From Chiloscyllium plagiosum (Eukaryota), in the NCBI RefSeq assembly GCF_004010195.1, contig NC_057719.1, positions 80,273,220 through 80,337,219 of the forward strand: a stretch of DNA of 64,000 bases, in the 5' to 3' direction. Under the pieces are notes generated by a model that saw only the letters and a program-made list of their open reading frames with translations, was not told the DNA's origin and ran no database searches. Position 1 is the stretch's first letter. The number at the start of each line of letters is the position of its first letter. Below are positions 1 to 13,159 of the stretch, one piece after another. The position numbers and the translations under genes are program-made.

Positions 1-477
1 GTCAATTCCTGGAATGGTGGGATTACCTTATACTGAAAGACTGGAGTGACTGGGCTTGTATACCCTTGAGTTTAGAAGATTGAGATGGGATCTGATTGAG
101 ACATATAAGATTATTAAAGGATTGGACACTCTGGCAGCAGGAAACATGTTTCCGCTGTTGGGTGAGTGCCGAACCAGAGGACACAGCTTATAAATTACGG
201 GGTAGACCATTTAGGACAGAGATGAGGAGAAACGTCTTCACCCAGAGAGTGGTGGCTGTGTGGAATGCTCTGCCCCAGAGGGCAGTGGAGGCCCAGTCTC
301 TGGATTCATTTAAGAAAGAGTTGGATAGAGCTCTCAAGAATAGTGGAATCAAGGGTTATGGAGATAAGGCAGGAACGGGATACTGATTAAGGATGATAAG
401 CCATGATCATATTGAATGGTGGTGCAGGCTCAAAGGGCAGAATGGCCTACTCCTGCACCTGTTGTCTATTATCTATT
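1..477 (+). mobile_element. CR1/HER1 LINE 3' end (young subfamily), cut by window start
   Basis: Encodes the CR1 ORF2 C-terminus (RRNVFTQRVVAVWNALP...FKKELD), then 3'UTR and a (TCTAT)n-type tail; nearly identical to 23256-23665. Confidence 0.92.
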
Positions 478-755
478 GAGTGTAGGTTTAAAGTGAGAGG
501 GGAAAGATTTAAAAGGGACCTGAGGGGTAACTTTTTTACACAGAGGGTGGAGTGTATCTGGAATGAACTGCCAGAGGAAGTGGTAGAGACGAGTACAATT
601 ACAACATTTAAAAGATATTTGGACAGGTACATGAATAGGAAAGGTTTGGAGGGATATGGACCAAACCTGGGCAAATGGGACTAGTTTAGTTTGGAAAACT
701 TGATTGGCACGGACAAGTTCGACTGAATGGTCTGTTTCAATGCTCTATGACTATG
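478..755 (+). mobile_element. CR1 LINE 3' fragment (second subfamily)
   Basis: RGNFFTQRVECIWNELPEEVVE...FKRYLD motif and CTATGACTATG tail. Confidence 0.88.
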
Positions 756-1317
756 CTTACCTGTACTTATCAAGTATTCTGTACAGGTACACCTGGTAGT
801 TCTATGTTGGCTAGGCAGGATATGGACATAGAGAAGTCAGCATTGAACAGACAACATCCTTGTCAGTTGAGCCCAGAGAAACAAACACAGGTGGAATCTG
901 AAATTTAATGTATGATGGTGACTCATTTAATTAAAGTTAGTCAAACCAGATGGAGTTCACCAGGAGTGTTAGTTCTAAAACTGGATGGATTGACTAGATT
1001 TTTTACACAGTACAGAAATATAAATGCAGTCACTAAAATAAATTAGTACCCAATTTCCAGTTAGAAGACTGCACCAATAAGTTGGCAGTGTTTCATTCCT
1101 ATCTATGATCGTCCTATTGAAGGAGTCCTAACAAGTGCTGTTAACATATTATAGGCTAAGGGGATAACCATTTTAGTCATACCAAATGGATTATACCAAT
1201 TTTAAATTATGCCACTGCAGTTTTAAAAAGCCCCAGCTGTCTTCCAAAGGCTTATGATTCAAGTCATTGCTGAGGTCCATAACTGTGTAGTTCATTTAAA
1301 TTATGATATACTCTATA

Positions 1318-3153
1318 CAGTCTGTTCTTCTATAACACAGTAGTTGTGTTCTCCTGCGACCTCACGTTATAGGATATCATGCAATAGAAATAGCGGTTAC
1401 CTATGGGAAAAACAGTGTTGGGGCAAACCACCAAAAATATCAGCAAAAATCAAAGCAAAAATAATAGTTAGCCTAACACTAAACAATAGCACAGTCTAAG
1501 TAAATGTTAAAATCATATCTTTTAATGAAATAATAAATAAATTTAACATTTTACCCTGAAAAACTATAAGATAATTTTAAAGGGGTTCCTGACTTTGTTG
1601 AGTTACAGTACTGGGGCTAAGGGTCTTCATCAGCATCATCATCACTTTCAGATGCAATTCAAGGTGCAGGGTTACAAAGAAAGAAAACATTTAGTCAAAA
1701 GTGTTGTGGTTCATTGTCCTCAGACTGTTTCTTGGGGGTTGGCTTAAAAAAGGCACCTAGATTTTGCTGCTTTGCTGTTCATAGAGTGCCTGATAAGACT
1801 TTATGCCACAAACTGCTACTCTGCTGCTCTCTGCATTGTAGTCATTGTCTTCTAAGAGCTGCAACCACTTCTCAACTTCCTTCAGAATAGAAGACAGAAG
1901 ACAAGTGGAAAGTTCTTGTGGTGCTGCATCCTGGACTTCATTGTCATTGCCTCCAGCTTCAGTTTCTCCCACAGTGATAAGTTGTTGTAGATCAGCTGTG
2001 GAGAGGTCTTCACGATGGGACTGAAGCAGCTCCTCGACATCCTCAGTCCCGACTTCTTCAAATACAACTTGCTTTGCAAGAGCGACACAATGTTCTTTGA
2101 TCGCTGGAAGCTCCTCTGGTGGTTCAATGCCTTTAAAGTCATGATGGAAATCTGGGAGGAGATTCTGCCAAACTGTATGTAAGCAGTCCTTACTGACATC
2201 ACCTCAGGTCTCCACAATGATGTCAATAGCATTCTTAATGTTTAAGCTCTTCCAAAATTGAAGAGTATTGTCCTCATGACCCTCCTCAGTAGCTGCAATC
2301 AACTTCCTGAATGTGCGTCTGCTATTGCACTCTGATTCATGGGTTGAATGAGAGAGGTTGTGTTCGGAAGTAGAAATAGCATCTTGATGTTTTCAGAAAG
2401 CTCACCAGTGGTGGGATGATGGTGTGGTGTGTTGTCTGAAATGAGGAGAATGTTGAAATCCAAATTTTTCCTCCTGCAATAATGTCTAAAAACACTTTCA
2501 ACACATCAACAATAAGGTCAGAAAAAAAATTGCCCCGTCATCCGACCTCTTTTGCTTGACCTGAAGTAAACCCCTCGAGTGAATTTAAGGTAACCTTTCA
2601 AGGCTCAAGGATTGGCACGGTGGTCCACCACCACAGGCTTAAGCTTTAAGTCTCCAATAGCATTGGCAACCAACAGCACAATCATACAATCCTTTGTGGC
2701 CTTAAAACTTGGAACATGTGTTTCATTCTTAGAAATAGAGGCACTTGCTTCCAGTATTAACCTGCCTCATCCAAATTGAAGATTTGATCCAGGGTGCAGT
2801 CTTCTTCCTCAATCAATTTTTCCATCACGGGAGGAAATGACAGCGCACATTCCTCATCTGCACTGGCAGCTTCACTACATCATTATCCTTCCACATTCAT
2901 GAGATTTGCAAAAGAAAGGACCAAAAATTACTGAGTACAGCACTGTACATTTCAGGAAGCACTTCACCCACAAGGCGTTTGAACCGACTGACCGTGCGAT
3001 GTGGACTGGTTCCAGTCCTCACCGCACCACGACACCTCGAGCCAGAATGCTGGAATCGTGGAATGGCCAACAGCAGTTCGCGTTTTAAAAATCTTGTTCC
3101 TAAATTCACTACAAATTGTGTTTTTGAAAAGCGCGTTAAAGGAGAACGACCTG
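1318..3153 (-). mobile_element. Tigger/pogo (Tc1-mariner) DNA transposon, internally deleted, with decayed TIGD1-like DDE transposase at about 1757-2890
   Basis: Minus-strand translation gives EAASADEE, DQIFNLDEAG, ANAIGDLKLKP, NILLISDN and LPNTTSLIQPMNQ (DDE_1 motifs). Imperfect 21-bp TIRs at 1318-1338 and 3133-3153 (15/21 match), with TA on the left and TG on the right. Confidence 0.87.
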
Positions 3154-3413
3154 TGGTAACATACAGAAGAATACAAGTGAGACAAGTAGAAGATAAGTTA
3201 AGCCAAAAGTAAGTTTGTAAAAACAAGAATAACTTACCTAGAACATATTGTGGGACAAGGCATAGTATTGCCAAGAACAGGAAAAATGAAAACCCAAACA
3301 GAATTTTCTATTCATAAAACTAAATAAGAAATCATGAAGCTTTTTGGAATGTATGGTTTTCACCAGAAATCTGTGCATAATATCAGCTCCAAAGATGTGC
3401 CTTTAATAAATTT

Positions 3414-3616
3414 AAATATCACACAACACCAGGTTATAGTCCAACAGGTTTATTTGGAAGCACTAGCTTTCAGAGCACTGCTCCTTCATTAGGTGATTCA
3501 CAAGGAGCAGCGCTCTGAAAGCTAGTGCTTCCAAATAAATCAGTTGGACTATAACCTGGTATTATGTGACTTTTAACTTTGTCCACTCCAGAACAACACC
3601 GGCTCCTCCACATCAA
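3414..3616 (+). mobile_element. Penelope-like pseudo-LTR (family 2), inverted-duplicated
   Basis: 3421-3485 is the reverse complement of 3502-3569. Contains GGAGCAGCGCTCTGAAAGCTAGTG. Flanked by TTAATAAATTT (3403-3413) and TTAATGAATTT (3617-3627). Confidence 0.8.
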
Positions 3617-4618
3617 TTAATGAATTTGTTAAAGAGACAAGCAAATGTGGTCTGGTCAGCAGAATGTCTGGCAACATTTGTGAGGCTGAAGGCAATGTTA
3701 GTAAATGAACCAGATTTAGCCACCCATGATCTTTCAAGAATTTCAAAATGACAATTGATATCATTGACTTGAGGGTTGGTGTAAGCTTGTTGCAGAATGA
3801 TGATTCAGGAGTATAGAGGTCAGTGGGATATTTTTCTAAAGAAACTAATAAGATAAAGTATATCATAGAGAAAGAGATATGGGACTATTATTGGCTGTTC
3901 AAAACTTTGAAGTCTATGCCTAACAAAGTAATGGAGAAACATTAATTTGCATGGATCACAAACCAGTGGCATTCATTGAAAAGTCTAAAACTGGAAATGT
4001 CAAGCTTGTTCATCTTGCCGGAACTGATAATGTGATTGTAGGCACATTGTCCCAAATATGAAGTGATGGTATAAGTTAAAGATTTAAGAAATGCTGAAAG
4101 ATTGACTAACATTGTATGTTGGGGGTGGGGACTGGTGGAGGAAGAACAAATTGGCAATCAGTGTAAGATTTGTCGTTTTGATGCTTGCATGCCACAAACC
4201 TTATGATGATAGCATATATTCAAAATGGTGTTTCATCGATTTTGGCAAGTAAAGAGTGTATCATTTTAGTTTCTGTATTTTTGATCATGTGCTGAAATGA
4301 AAAAATGACTATTTTATAACCAAAGACCATGGAAGAAATTGATGCACTTTTAAGAACAAGCTACTAGAACTCATTGTGTGTGTTGTTTACACTGCTGCTT
4401 TGTTTGAGCTTACAGTTGGCTGTTTTTTGATGATCCAACACTGGAAAGTGTATGCAGAGTGAGATTTGACTGACAACAAATAGCTGATTAGTTTGTGCAA
4501 TTGTGACCAGTTGTGGATGTCAAAGGTCATCAGCCTGATGGTTACTGGGCACCTGAACAGCTTGTGAATGAATGCAATACAGTGAGAAAACCTTTGGGCC
4601 CCTGAAAGGTCAGGTGAT

Positions 4619-4650
4619 CTCTCTCTCTCTCTCACACACACACACACTCT
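4619..4650. repeat. (CT)n(CA)n microsatellite
   Basis: Direct read. Confidence 0.9.
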
Positions 4651-4939
4651 TTCTGCAATCATATTAATACCTGAAGCATGAAGTAGGTCAATTAGTTTCT
4701 CTCACTAGTTGCTGTAAGCTGTTGCTTTTAACCAGTAACGAAGAGACTTTGCAGATTGTATACCAATTGCACTATGCTTAATGCAAAGCACTGAAGGTAA
4801 ATGGAGAGCAGAGATTGAGGTGTACCAAATCCTAGCTACACAAAATAATTATCTCGGCAAACCCTGTGGACTGGTACTATAGAACGATGATTCAGTTTTC
4901 CTTCCCTTAATCAATAAAACAAATATATTTTTGTTTGAC

Positions 4940-5577
4940 TGTACCTCTGACCCGACCAGACCACCTCAAAATATTTTAAGAAGGTTGCCTAGACCCTAAC
5001 ATTTTCTTATTATAAAGGCAGATGTGAAGCGTGTGTTCCATATGTGATGTGACTGATCAAACTACTCGATGCTAAGCAAAACAATTTATTTAAACACTGT
5101 GGTTAAAATACAAACAAAAGAAAGAGGAAATTAGAATAGTTTTATTGGAAAACTTAACCAAATAAAAGACACAGTGACTATTAGTAATTAACTGTTCCAG
5201 CATAATAACATCCCATAAATGTACACCTTGGCAAAAAGGTAAAATCAAGACACAGATTCTCACATGCAGTTCTCAAATCCAGGAGGGAAAAAAAAATTGA
5301 GAGAAATTTCAGTGGAAGTAGCAGCTAGGAATCATTCACAGAAGCTTCCAACTCTTTTGCGACCCCAAACAGCTTCTGACTGCTGAAAAAAAAAGCAAAC
5401 CATAGAAATCCTGATCTGTGAGAAGTGGCTACACTCATTCAGAGTCTAATTAAAAACCCCAAAGCCTCACAAGTTGTTTACACAAGTGGTTCCGGTAGAT
5501 TGTTCAGTATCTCTGCCTTTACAGCTTCTTCTAAAAAAAGGACAAAAATAACCTTTTAAAGTGACAATATCATCACA
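4940..5577 (-). mobile_element. Solo LTR (Gypsy-type)
   Basis: TG...CA ends, minus-strand AATAAA near 5086, and collinear similarity to 15838-16360. TSD unclear. Confidence 0.65.
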
Positions 5578-5864
5578 GCCTGTTTTGTATGTTTATGTAT
5601 GGTTTTTAAAAGGGGGTTAGATTTTAACAAATAAAACTGTATGCTGATAGTTCATAGCTGTTTATTTGTCATTAGAATGTATTCATTTGTAATGAACAGC
5701 AATCGTTATCTGGTCAGTGATGTTTTTGTTATCTAGATTCTATTAGGTCGGAAAATGGGGACTTTCTGTGCTTTGATTAAATCATTAACTTTTCTGGTGT
5801 CCCCCCAGGATTAGTGGGGCTTGAGAATCAATGCACTTTCCTATAAGTGGGTCATGGTGTAAAG

Positions 5865-7763
5865 GACATACAGGAACAGAGAGACCTGATGGATTCACTT
5901 TGACATTACTTTGAAGGTTGCAAGACAAAAGTTATTAAAATAGCATAATGTATCTTTGGCTTTATCTGTAGAGAAACAGCACCTATATTAAACACTCATC
6001 AGGCACAGCTGAAGTAATGTATTTCATTTTGTGCACCACTAGTATTAAGGAAGATGGCAAGGCCTTGGGAAGGGTGCAGAAGAGAATTTTTGGAATCATA
6101 CTAGGGATGGGGGCTTCACTTACATGAAAGGGCTAAAGAAGTTGTGTTTGCTCTACTTAGAATGTAGAAGATTTGCTAAAAGTGATCAAATTATGAGTGC
6201 TTCAAATGTAGAGTTACTTAAGGCAAAGGGATAGTCAACACGGTTTTGTGAAGGGTAGATCGTGCCTCACAAATCTTATTGAGTTCTTTGAGAAGGTGAC
6301 CAAACAGGTGGGTGAGGGTAAAGCGGTTGTTGTAGTGTATATGGATTTCAGTAAGGTGTTTGATAAAGTTCCCCACGGTAGGCTATTGCACAAAATATGG
6401 AGGCATAGGATTGAGGGTGATTTAGCGGTTTAGATCAGAAATTGGCTAGCTGAAAGAAGACAGAAAGTGGTGGTTGATGGGAAATACTCATCCTGGAGTT
6501 CAGTTACTAGTGGTGTACCGTAAGGATCTGTTTTGGGTCCATTATTGTTTGTTATTTTTATAAATGACCTGGATGGGGGCATTGAAAGATTCTTAGTAAA
6601 TTTGCGGATGACATTAAAGTGGTAGAGTTGTGGATAGTGACAAAGGATGTTGTAGGTTATAGAGAGACATAGATAAGCTGCAAAGCTTGCCTGATAAGTG
6701 GCAAATGGAGTTTAATGCGGAAAAGTGATTCAATTTGGAAGGAGTAACAAAAATGCAGAGTTCTGGGCTAATGGTAAGATTCTTGGTAGTGTAGATGAGC
6801 AGAGAGATCTTGGTGTCCAGGTTCATAGATCCCTGAAAGTTGCTACCCCGGTTGATAGAGTTATTAAGAAGGCATATGGTGTGTTACCTTTTATTGGATT
6901 GAGTTTCGGAGCCATGAGATCATGCTGCAGCTGTACAAAACTCTGGTGCGGCCACATTTGGAGTATTGCATATAGTTCTGGTCACCACATTATAGGAAGG
7001 ATGTGGAAGCTTTGGAAAGGGAATAGAGGAGATTTACTAGGATGTTGCCTGGTATGGAGGGAAGGTCTTATAAGGAGAAGCTTGAGGCTGTTTTTGTCAG
7101 AGAGAAGAAGGTTGAGAGGCAACTTAAGTGAGACATATAAGATAATTAGAGGGTTAGATAGGTTAGAGAACCTTTTTTCTCGGGTGGCAATGGCTAGCAC
7201 GAGAGGACATAGATTTAAATTGAGGGGTGTTAGATATAGGACAGATGTCAGAGGTAGTTTCTTTACTTAGAGAGTAGTAGGGGTGTGGAACGCACTGCCT
7301 GCAACAGTAGTAGCCTCGCTAACTTTAAGGGCATTTAAATGGTCATTGGATAGGCATATGGACGAGAATGGAGTAGTGTAGGTTAGATGGGCTTCCGCAG
7401 GTCGGCGCGATATTGAGAGACGAAGGACCTGTACTGTGCTGTAATGTTCTATGTTCTACGTTCTAAACTGTTTTCACTGACATAAAGGATCAACAACAAG
7501 TAGTCACAGATTTAAGGGAAATGGCAAAAGAGCCAGGGGTGACATGAGGAGACATTATTTTACAGAATCAGTTGCAATCTGAAGTCACTGCTAGAAAGGG
7601 TGATGGAATCAGATTAAGTATAGCAACATTGAAGCAAACCTGAGAGGATGACATTTGCAAAATTTTGGGCAAAGATCTGGAGTTTGGGTATGATTGTGGG
7701 GCTGGTACAGGCAGAATGGGCCATAAGGCCTCATGCTATGCAGTACCATTGAACAATTCTATG
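5865..7763 (+). mobile_element. Old CR1 fragment split by a younger CR1 (6227-7465)
   Basis: Decayed ORF2 C-terminal motifs on both sides of the insertion. Confidence 0.6.
6227..7465 (+). mobile_element. CR1 LINE, 5'-truncated, RT domain with stops and frameshifts
   Basis: GRSCLTNLIEFFEKVT, VYMDFSKVFDKVPHGRLL and SKFADD motifs; (TGTTCTA)n tail. Confidence 0.93.
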
Positions 7764-8299
7764 CTCCTCAGATGGTAGCTCTGTTTGCATTGAGACAGGC
7801 TGCCTGAATTTGTGCTCCATCCTGGTCTGAGACTTGAAGGAATACATATGCACTACAGGTCATCATCTCCAGAGGGTCTGCTTTACGTCCAGCCTATTCT
7901 TCTGACTTTCATCTTCTTAGCACTGAGCTGACTGCCAGCCATATCTGAACTGGATCAAAACTGTGTCATTGGCAGAACTGAGCATCGGCTCATGCAGAGA
8001 ATAAATGTTTCTCGATCCTCACAGTTCATTAAGCAGAAAGGGCGCAGTAGGCATCTCTGGATGAATGATAAAAAGCTCAGACCTAAAAAAGATAACTAAA
8101 GGTCAGTGTGTGTCTTGCTGTTCTTCCTGTAAACAGAGTAAGTAACAGTGCAGAAAAATATTGTAGTTGGGAACAGATTGGTGAGTAAGCAGCACCTCAC
8201 AAAGGATAGAAGGACCAAATGCATTTGTAGCAACACACACACAAACACAGCACCTCTCATCACCTCTGCACAGTTAATTAATTGCATTTGGTGCCACTC

Positions 8300-8630
8300 T
8301 TGGAATGTAGAAGACACAGCAACTCATTTGAACACAGCAAGATCCCACCGGTAATGGTGTAGTAATGACCTTTTTTTTACTGATGATGGTGGCAGAATAG
8401 ACGTTGGCCAGAACACAAGGAGAACTGTTCTCCTTTTCTTCAGTGTTCACATATATCGTAGAGGACAGACATCTCAGTTTAATGTCTCAACCGAAAGCCA
8501 CCATTCCAACAATGCAGCATAGCATCAGTACTGCCCTTGAGTGTCAGGCTGGATTATAAGTTTAAGTCTCTGGACTGGGCCTTGAACCCACGATGTTCAG
8601 CCTCGGAGATGAGTTGAGCTCAACTGTTGA
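8300..8630 (-). mobile_element. Deu-domain SINE (SacSINE1/AmnSINE1-like), decayed
   Basis: Reverse complement has a tRNA-like head (GTGGGTTCAAGGCCCA) and Deu-like segments also seen at 35800-36270. Confidence 0.55.
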
Positions 8631-8794
8631 CTGCACCACACCCCAAAGTCCTGCTTCTTTGCAGTCAATTCCTAATCTCATTGCTCCCATGAGCGATTAA
8701 CCCAACCCATTCTTGCAACACAACTAGCATTTGTCATGTTAAACTTTGTTCCAGCAGGTCACCTCCTCCTTCAAATGCATTCATCCAAAGAGGT

Positions 8795-8925
8795 ATAGTT
8801 TCCCTCCAATGCATGCAGCTAAATGATTCTGACTCCCTCTAATACCTGTAACCAGGTCTATCTTCCTCCCTCTAATAGCCAAGTCTATCTGCCTCTCTCC
8901 ACTACTTGTAGCTAGGTTTAAACGC
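8795..8925. repeat. Degenerate 27-33 bp tandem repeat
   Basis: Recurring CTCCCTCTAATA and GTCTATCT units. Confidence 0.5.
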
Positions 8926-10124
8926 CTATTTATGTAAAAGTGCAGAGCTGATGGAATTGTGGTATTTTGTTTATTAAACCGGGGACTCATCTGCCTCTCC
9001 CACGGCAGTATTTGAAGCAGAGCAAGGGATAATCATGGAGTATTCTCAGAATTTTACTCTTTAGCCAACATCACCAAAAGCCAATGATCACTTTGCTGTG
9101 TATGCATCGCTACAACTGTGGCTTTGGAAATTCACTTTGTTTTAGGTAAATGCAGGTATGGTAAGTTTCCCACGTGCCCACTCCTAGTGCCCTGTGGTAT
9201 TTGCCAACTCTACCAATTGTGGCACTGGATAAGGATTGTTTAGTGGTTGTTCAAGCCACCAATCCTCCTTTGTCTTTGTTTTATCTTGGGCCTATCTAGT
9301 AACTGATGGTGGAGGTTACACCATCATAGAGTATCTACAGAAGAGGTACTGTTCTTGGATAACAAGAAGATTTATTGCACTGAAAGCAATAAATACAGCT
9401 ACATTTGGGGACGCATGATTAACTAGACCTTAGGGAGCTGTTACAGATATATCTGCTGCCTCTGAAAACCAGAATATAACTCCTTGACTCCAACCTCATG
9501 AATAAAATGGGTGGAGAAAAGTAACATGAACATTAACACTTTCGGAACCTTTAGCTTATAAAACAGCTGGCTCTTTCTTTCCTGTCTTTAGGTTCACTAG
9601 ATCCAAATGAGAAGCGAATTAAAAATTAACATTGATAAATGTTTTGCAAATGTGCCTGTATTGATGTCTGCTTCATATACTAATTTCTGTGCTGAATGCT
9701 ATTTAGAATTCAGCTACAAAAATAAATGAATTACACGGTTGGGTTTAAATTACAGCTTGTTAATAGCTTCTACAGCAACAATTAAAATGTACTGATGGCA
9801 TTTTGGAAGTGTTTTTATATCATTCCAGATTTAACTGCTTAAACTAACCTTTAATTATCCAAATACTTTCAACTCTATTGTAGAATTCTGCAATTACTGA
9901 AGTGGGAATTCAGCATCATCCTGACTTCATTCGGGCAATGTGCCTCGTTTCTTGCTACCTAGCTTTTTGAATTCTTTCGAACAAAACAGTTGTGTTTCGT
10001 TTTGTGAGGGGTTGACATCGTATTTACTCAAAGGGTTCAAATATACTTGCTACCTCAGAATCAGAAGACCGTGGGCTCAAGTGGTACTCTGGAAAATTGA
10101 AGTGCAATCCGATACAAAAAGCAC

Positions 10125-10290
10125 AGTAATAGTAGCTGCTGGAAGTCGGAGAAAGTGCTGGAAACCCTCCGCAGGCAAGGTGGCACCTGTGGAGCCACAA
10201 ACTTGGGTCAGCATTTCATCGACTAGAAGAGCTAACCTCTCTGCATAGTTGCTGCCTGGCCTTCTGACAATTTCCTTTATTTTCTGTTTG
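10125..10290. mobile_element. Highly decayed Penelope-type pseudo-LTR hairpin
   Basis: Remnants GCTGCTGGAAGTC, GTGCTGGAAA, GCAGGCAAGG and TTGCTGCCTGGCC resemble family-1 copies. Confidence 0.4.
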
Positions 10291-10690
10291 TGTTTTTGAG
10301 CTGGATCACTTTGGTCATGTTAGCTCGGCAACCGTGTTTAAAACGATCGATGAGCTCTCCCAGGAGGTGGCCTTGTGAGCTAGCTTTCAAGGTGGTGTCC
10401 TCCAGAACAATGTTCTGGCAGTGGTTGGAGATGATTTGAACTTGTTAAGTGGCCGATAAGGTGGTTTTCCGTGCAAAAGCACATGCGGGCAGTGTCCAAG
10501 ACTAACAGGATACTACTGTGTAGACAAAAACACATTCTGCTTACCACACAAATGAATAATCTTGGGCAGAACCTTCCCAGCCCCAGAATGACGTGACACA
10601 CAGTGAAAGATGTGGGAAATTTAGGTGAGATATCCAGAGGAGGCCTTCTCTACATTGAGACCAAAAAGTGTTGGACATTGAGAGGAGACT

Positions 10691-10877
10691 CATAGAATTC
10701 CGACAGTGCGGAAGCAGGCTATTCAGCCCAACAAGTTCATACCAACTCTCTGGACAGTATCTCACCCAGAGAATTCCCATGGCTAATCCAGCTGGCCTAG
10801 AGCAATTTAGCATGGCCAATCCACCTAACCTGCACATCTTTGGACTATGGAGGGAAACCAAAGCAGCCGGAGGAAAC
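10691..10877 (-). mobile_element. HE1 SINE, partial
   Basis: V-domain reverse complement GCAATTTAGCATGGCCAATCCACCTAACCTGCACATCTTTGG. Confidence 0.85.
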
Positions 10878-10899
10878 TCATTGGAATGAATTGATATTT

Positions 10900-11460
10900 C
10901 AAAAGGCACACAAAGGATTACATTTGTTATGCCACATGTGTATCACAAAGCCAAGTGCCTATGGATCCAATAATTTTAATCAATGTTTCCTGAAACGCTA
11001 TGGACAAAGCTAGCAAAGGAATTGTTTAATTTCAAAGAGGGAATGTATTTAGTCCTGGTTGATGATTATTCACGATGGACTGAAGTAGCAAGACCTCAGT
11101 CAACCACAGCAGACTCAGTGATCAGTGCACTGAGAATGATAGATTTCTGAGAGAGCTAGTATCAGACAATGGACCTCAATTTGTGAATGAAGATACACAA
11201 ACTTTGCTTTGGAGACAGGCATCAGTTAGGTGACAAGTTCTCCGCTGCTACCACAGTTGAACAAAAAGGCAGAAAGAGCAGTCAAAAAGGTGACGTCACT
11301 GATGAGTAAGAATCCAGACTGGAAATCAGCTCTACTCAGTTGCAGAGCAACACCATTGACTGATGGTTACTCGTCAGTGGAATTATTATTGGGGAGTAGT
11401 TTGAAAAGAAATGTATCAGTTTTAGAGTATAACATAAGTCTCTCAACACCCTGAGAAAGT
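10900..11460 (+). pseudogene. Decayed Gypsy integrase core
   Basis: YLVLVDDYSRWTEV, LVSDNGPQF, AERAVKKV and ALLSCRATPLTDGYSSVELLLG. Confidence 0.82.
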
Positions 11461-11514
11461 AAAACAACTCAAGAAAAGCTGCTGGGAAAAGTGGGTTTGC
11501 AAGTTCCTCCATTG

Positions 11515-11797
11515 CCTTGCCCCTCCTGATCTCTGTAACTTCCTTCAGCCCTCAGTGTTATCTATGTTTCTCTAAACCTGTCCTCTCTGATTTCCTTTGT
11601 TCCACCACTCTTCACTGAGTCTTCAGACATTGCCACGAAGATCTTGACACTCCTTGAAGTTTACTTCCTTAACCAAGCTATTTACCTCAATATCTCCTGA
11701 AGTGGTTCAGTGTCAAATCTTGACTGATGGCGCTCCTGTGAAGTGCCTTAGGATATTTTACCATGTTGAAGGTGCTACGTAAATACAGGGCGTTGTT
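11515..11797 (+). mobile_element. L2-type LINE 3' tail
   Basis: Ends CTGTGAAGTGCCTTAGGATATTTTACCATGTTGAAGGTGCTACGTAAATACA, resembling L2/Deu-SINE tails. Confidence 0.5.
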
Positions 11798-12103
11798 CCA
11801 GTTAGAAATTTGGCATGTGGCATTTTAATGAAATCTGGCTATTAGAGAATGACCAGACTTTCTTACTGCCTCTACATGACCTCACTGTTCACAACAGATA
11901 TTCCCAATCAGGGATCAGAACCTATACCTATGTTTCACCAACAAAACAGTCTTGTTTGAGAATATTCAACATTGTGAGAGCTATTTAAATCAACAGTGAA
12001 ATGTTATACATCCTCCTTGCATTTTTCATTCCGTGACTCCGTAAGATGTGGATGTAAGAACTGTTGCTTTTCCCCTACTTCTCCAATAATTCCTTGGAAT
12101 AGA

Positions 12104-12441
12104 GGTGGCTCACTGGTTAGCACTGCTGCCTCACAGTACCAGTGACCCAGGTTCAATCCCATCCTCAGGCGATTGTCTGTGTGGAGTTTGCACATTCTCC
12201 CCGTGTTTGTATGGGTTTCCTCTGGGTGCTCCAGTTTCCTCCCACAGTCCAGAGATGTGCAGGATAGGTAGACTGGCCATGCTAAATTGTTTCATAGTGT
12301 CCAGGGATGTGCAGCTAGGTGGATTAGTCATGGGAAGTGCGGAGCTACAATGATAGGTTGGGGATGGGATGCTCTTCAGAGGGTCGGTGTGGATTTGTTG
12401 GGCTGAATGGCCTGCTGCTGCACTGTAGGGATCCTATGATT
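12104..12441 (+). mobile_element. HE1 SINE
   Basis: A box (TGGCTCACTGG), B box (GGTTCAATCCC), V-domain and CR1-like tail. Confidence 0.9.
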
Positions 12442-13159
12442 TACACAGGTCCAGGACTGAACTGTTCACCCTAAGTGGTCCTAGGAAGGGCTAAGATGAG
12501 CCTAGATATTGGAGGCTGATAGTGTTAGTGCCAACAGGAGCTACCTCAGGATCTTGGATTCAGTGACAAAGAGCCCATCTTAGCATCATTGATTGAATTT
12601 GTATTACTCCCCTTCTCCCAACTGTCACCCCTCTACCTCCAGCCAGTTCTTTTGTCTGTGGACATTATGAACATTTTATTGCTTAAACAGTTTCAGGCAG
12701 TGAAATGGAAGACGCCATGCTGAATGTGAATGCGACCGTGACAGTTCCTGAACGTTAGGCATACTACAGTATTTGGGCAATAGAATAGGATAATGGAAGA
12801 GCTCTCTCTAGCTGGAAGTTTGGCTGTTTTCTAACTTTCTGACCAACAGATCACCTCCCATCACATTTCACCAGAGGAAATCATTCAACCCCTCACATCT
12901 GTTCTGCCATTCAGATTGTGGCTGATGTACCCCCTCAAATCAATTTATTCTATAATGCTTCATATCGCACATCTGAAACAAAATAATCGCAGTTCGGAAA
13001 GTTGCAATATTGGTCAGGCAGGCACCATGCAAACTGAGCGGGACGGTGGCAGGTCCCTACATCAACCCAGAAGATCTGAATCCAAGTCCCACCTAGCACA
13101 GAGCTGTGTCTTGGCACGTATGGACAAGTTGATTGAACATGAACAGAAATGCAAATTGA

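Larger units (their letters stand above)
850..4070 (+). pseudogene. Decayed Gypsy pol (RT-RNase H), interrupted by Tigger (1318-3153) and a Penelope hairpin (3414-3616)
   Basis: Manual translation across stops and frameshifts gives WSSPGVLVLKLDG, PNGLYQF*IMP, APAVFQRLM, ITYLEHIVGQG, VWSAECLATFVRLKAMLVNEP and RSVGYFSK, all Gypsy RT/RNase H-like. Confidence 0.8.

Noticed and set aside
1..477. Segmental duplication with 23256-23665
   Set aside because: Identity is confined to the CR1 3' end and the flanks differ.
1757..2890. Domesticated TIGD gene
   Set aside because: Stops, frameshifts, missing DNA-binding domain and TIRs still present.
4255..5860. 3' LTR of the first Gypsy element
   Set aside because: Position is suggestive, but no matching 5' LTR or clear termini are visible in the window.
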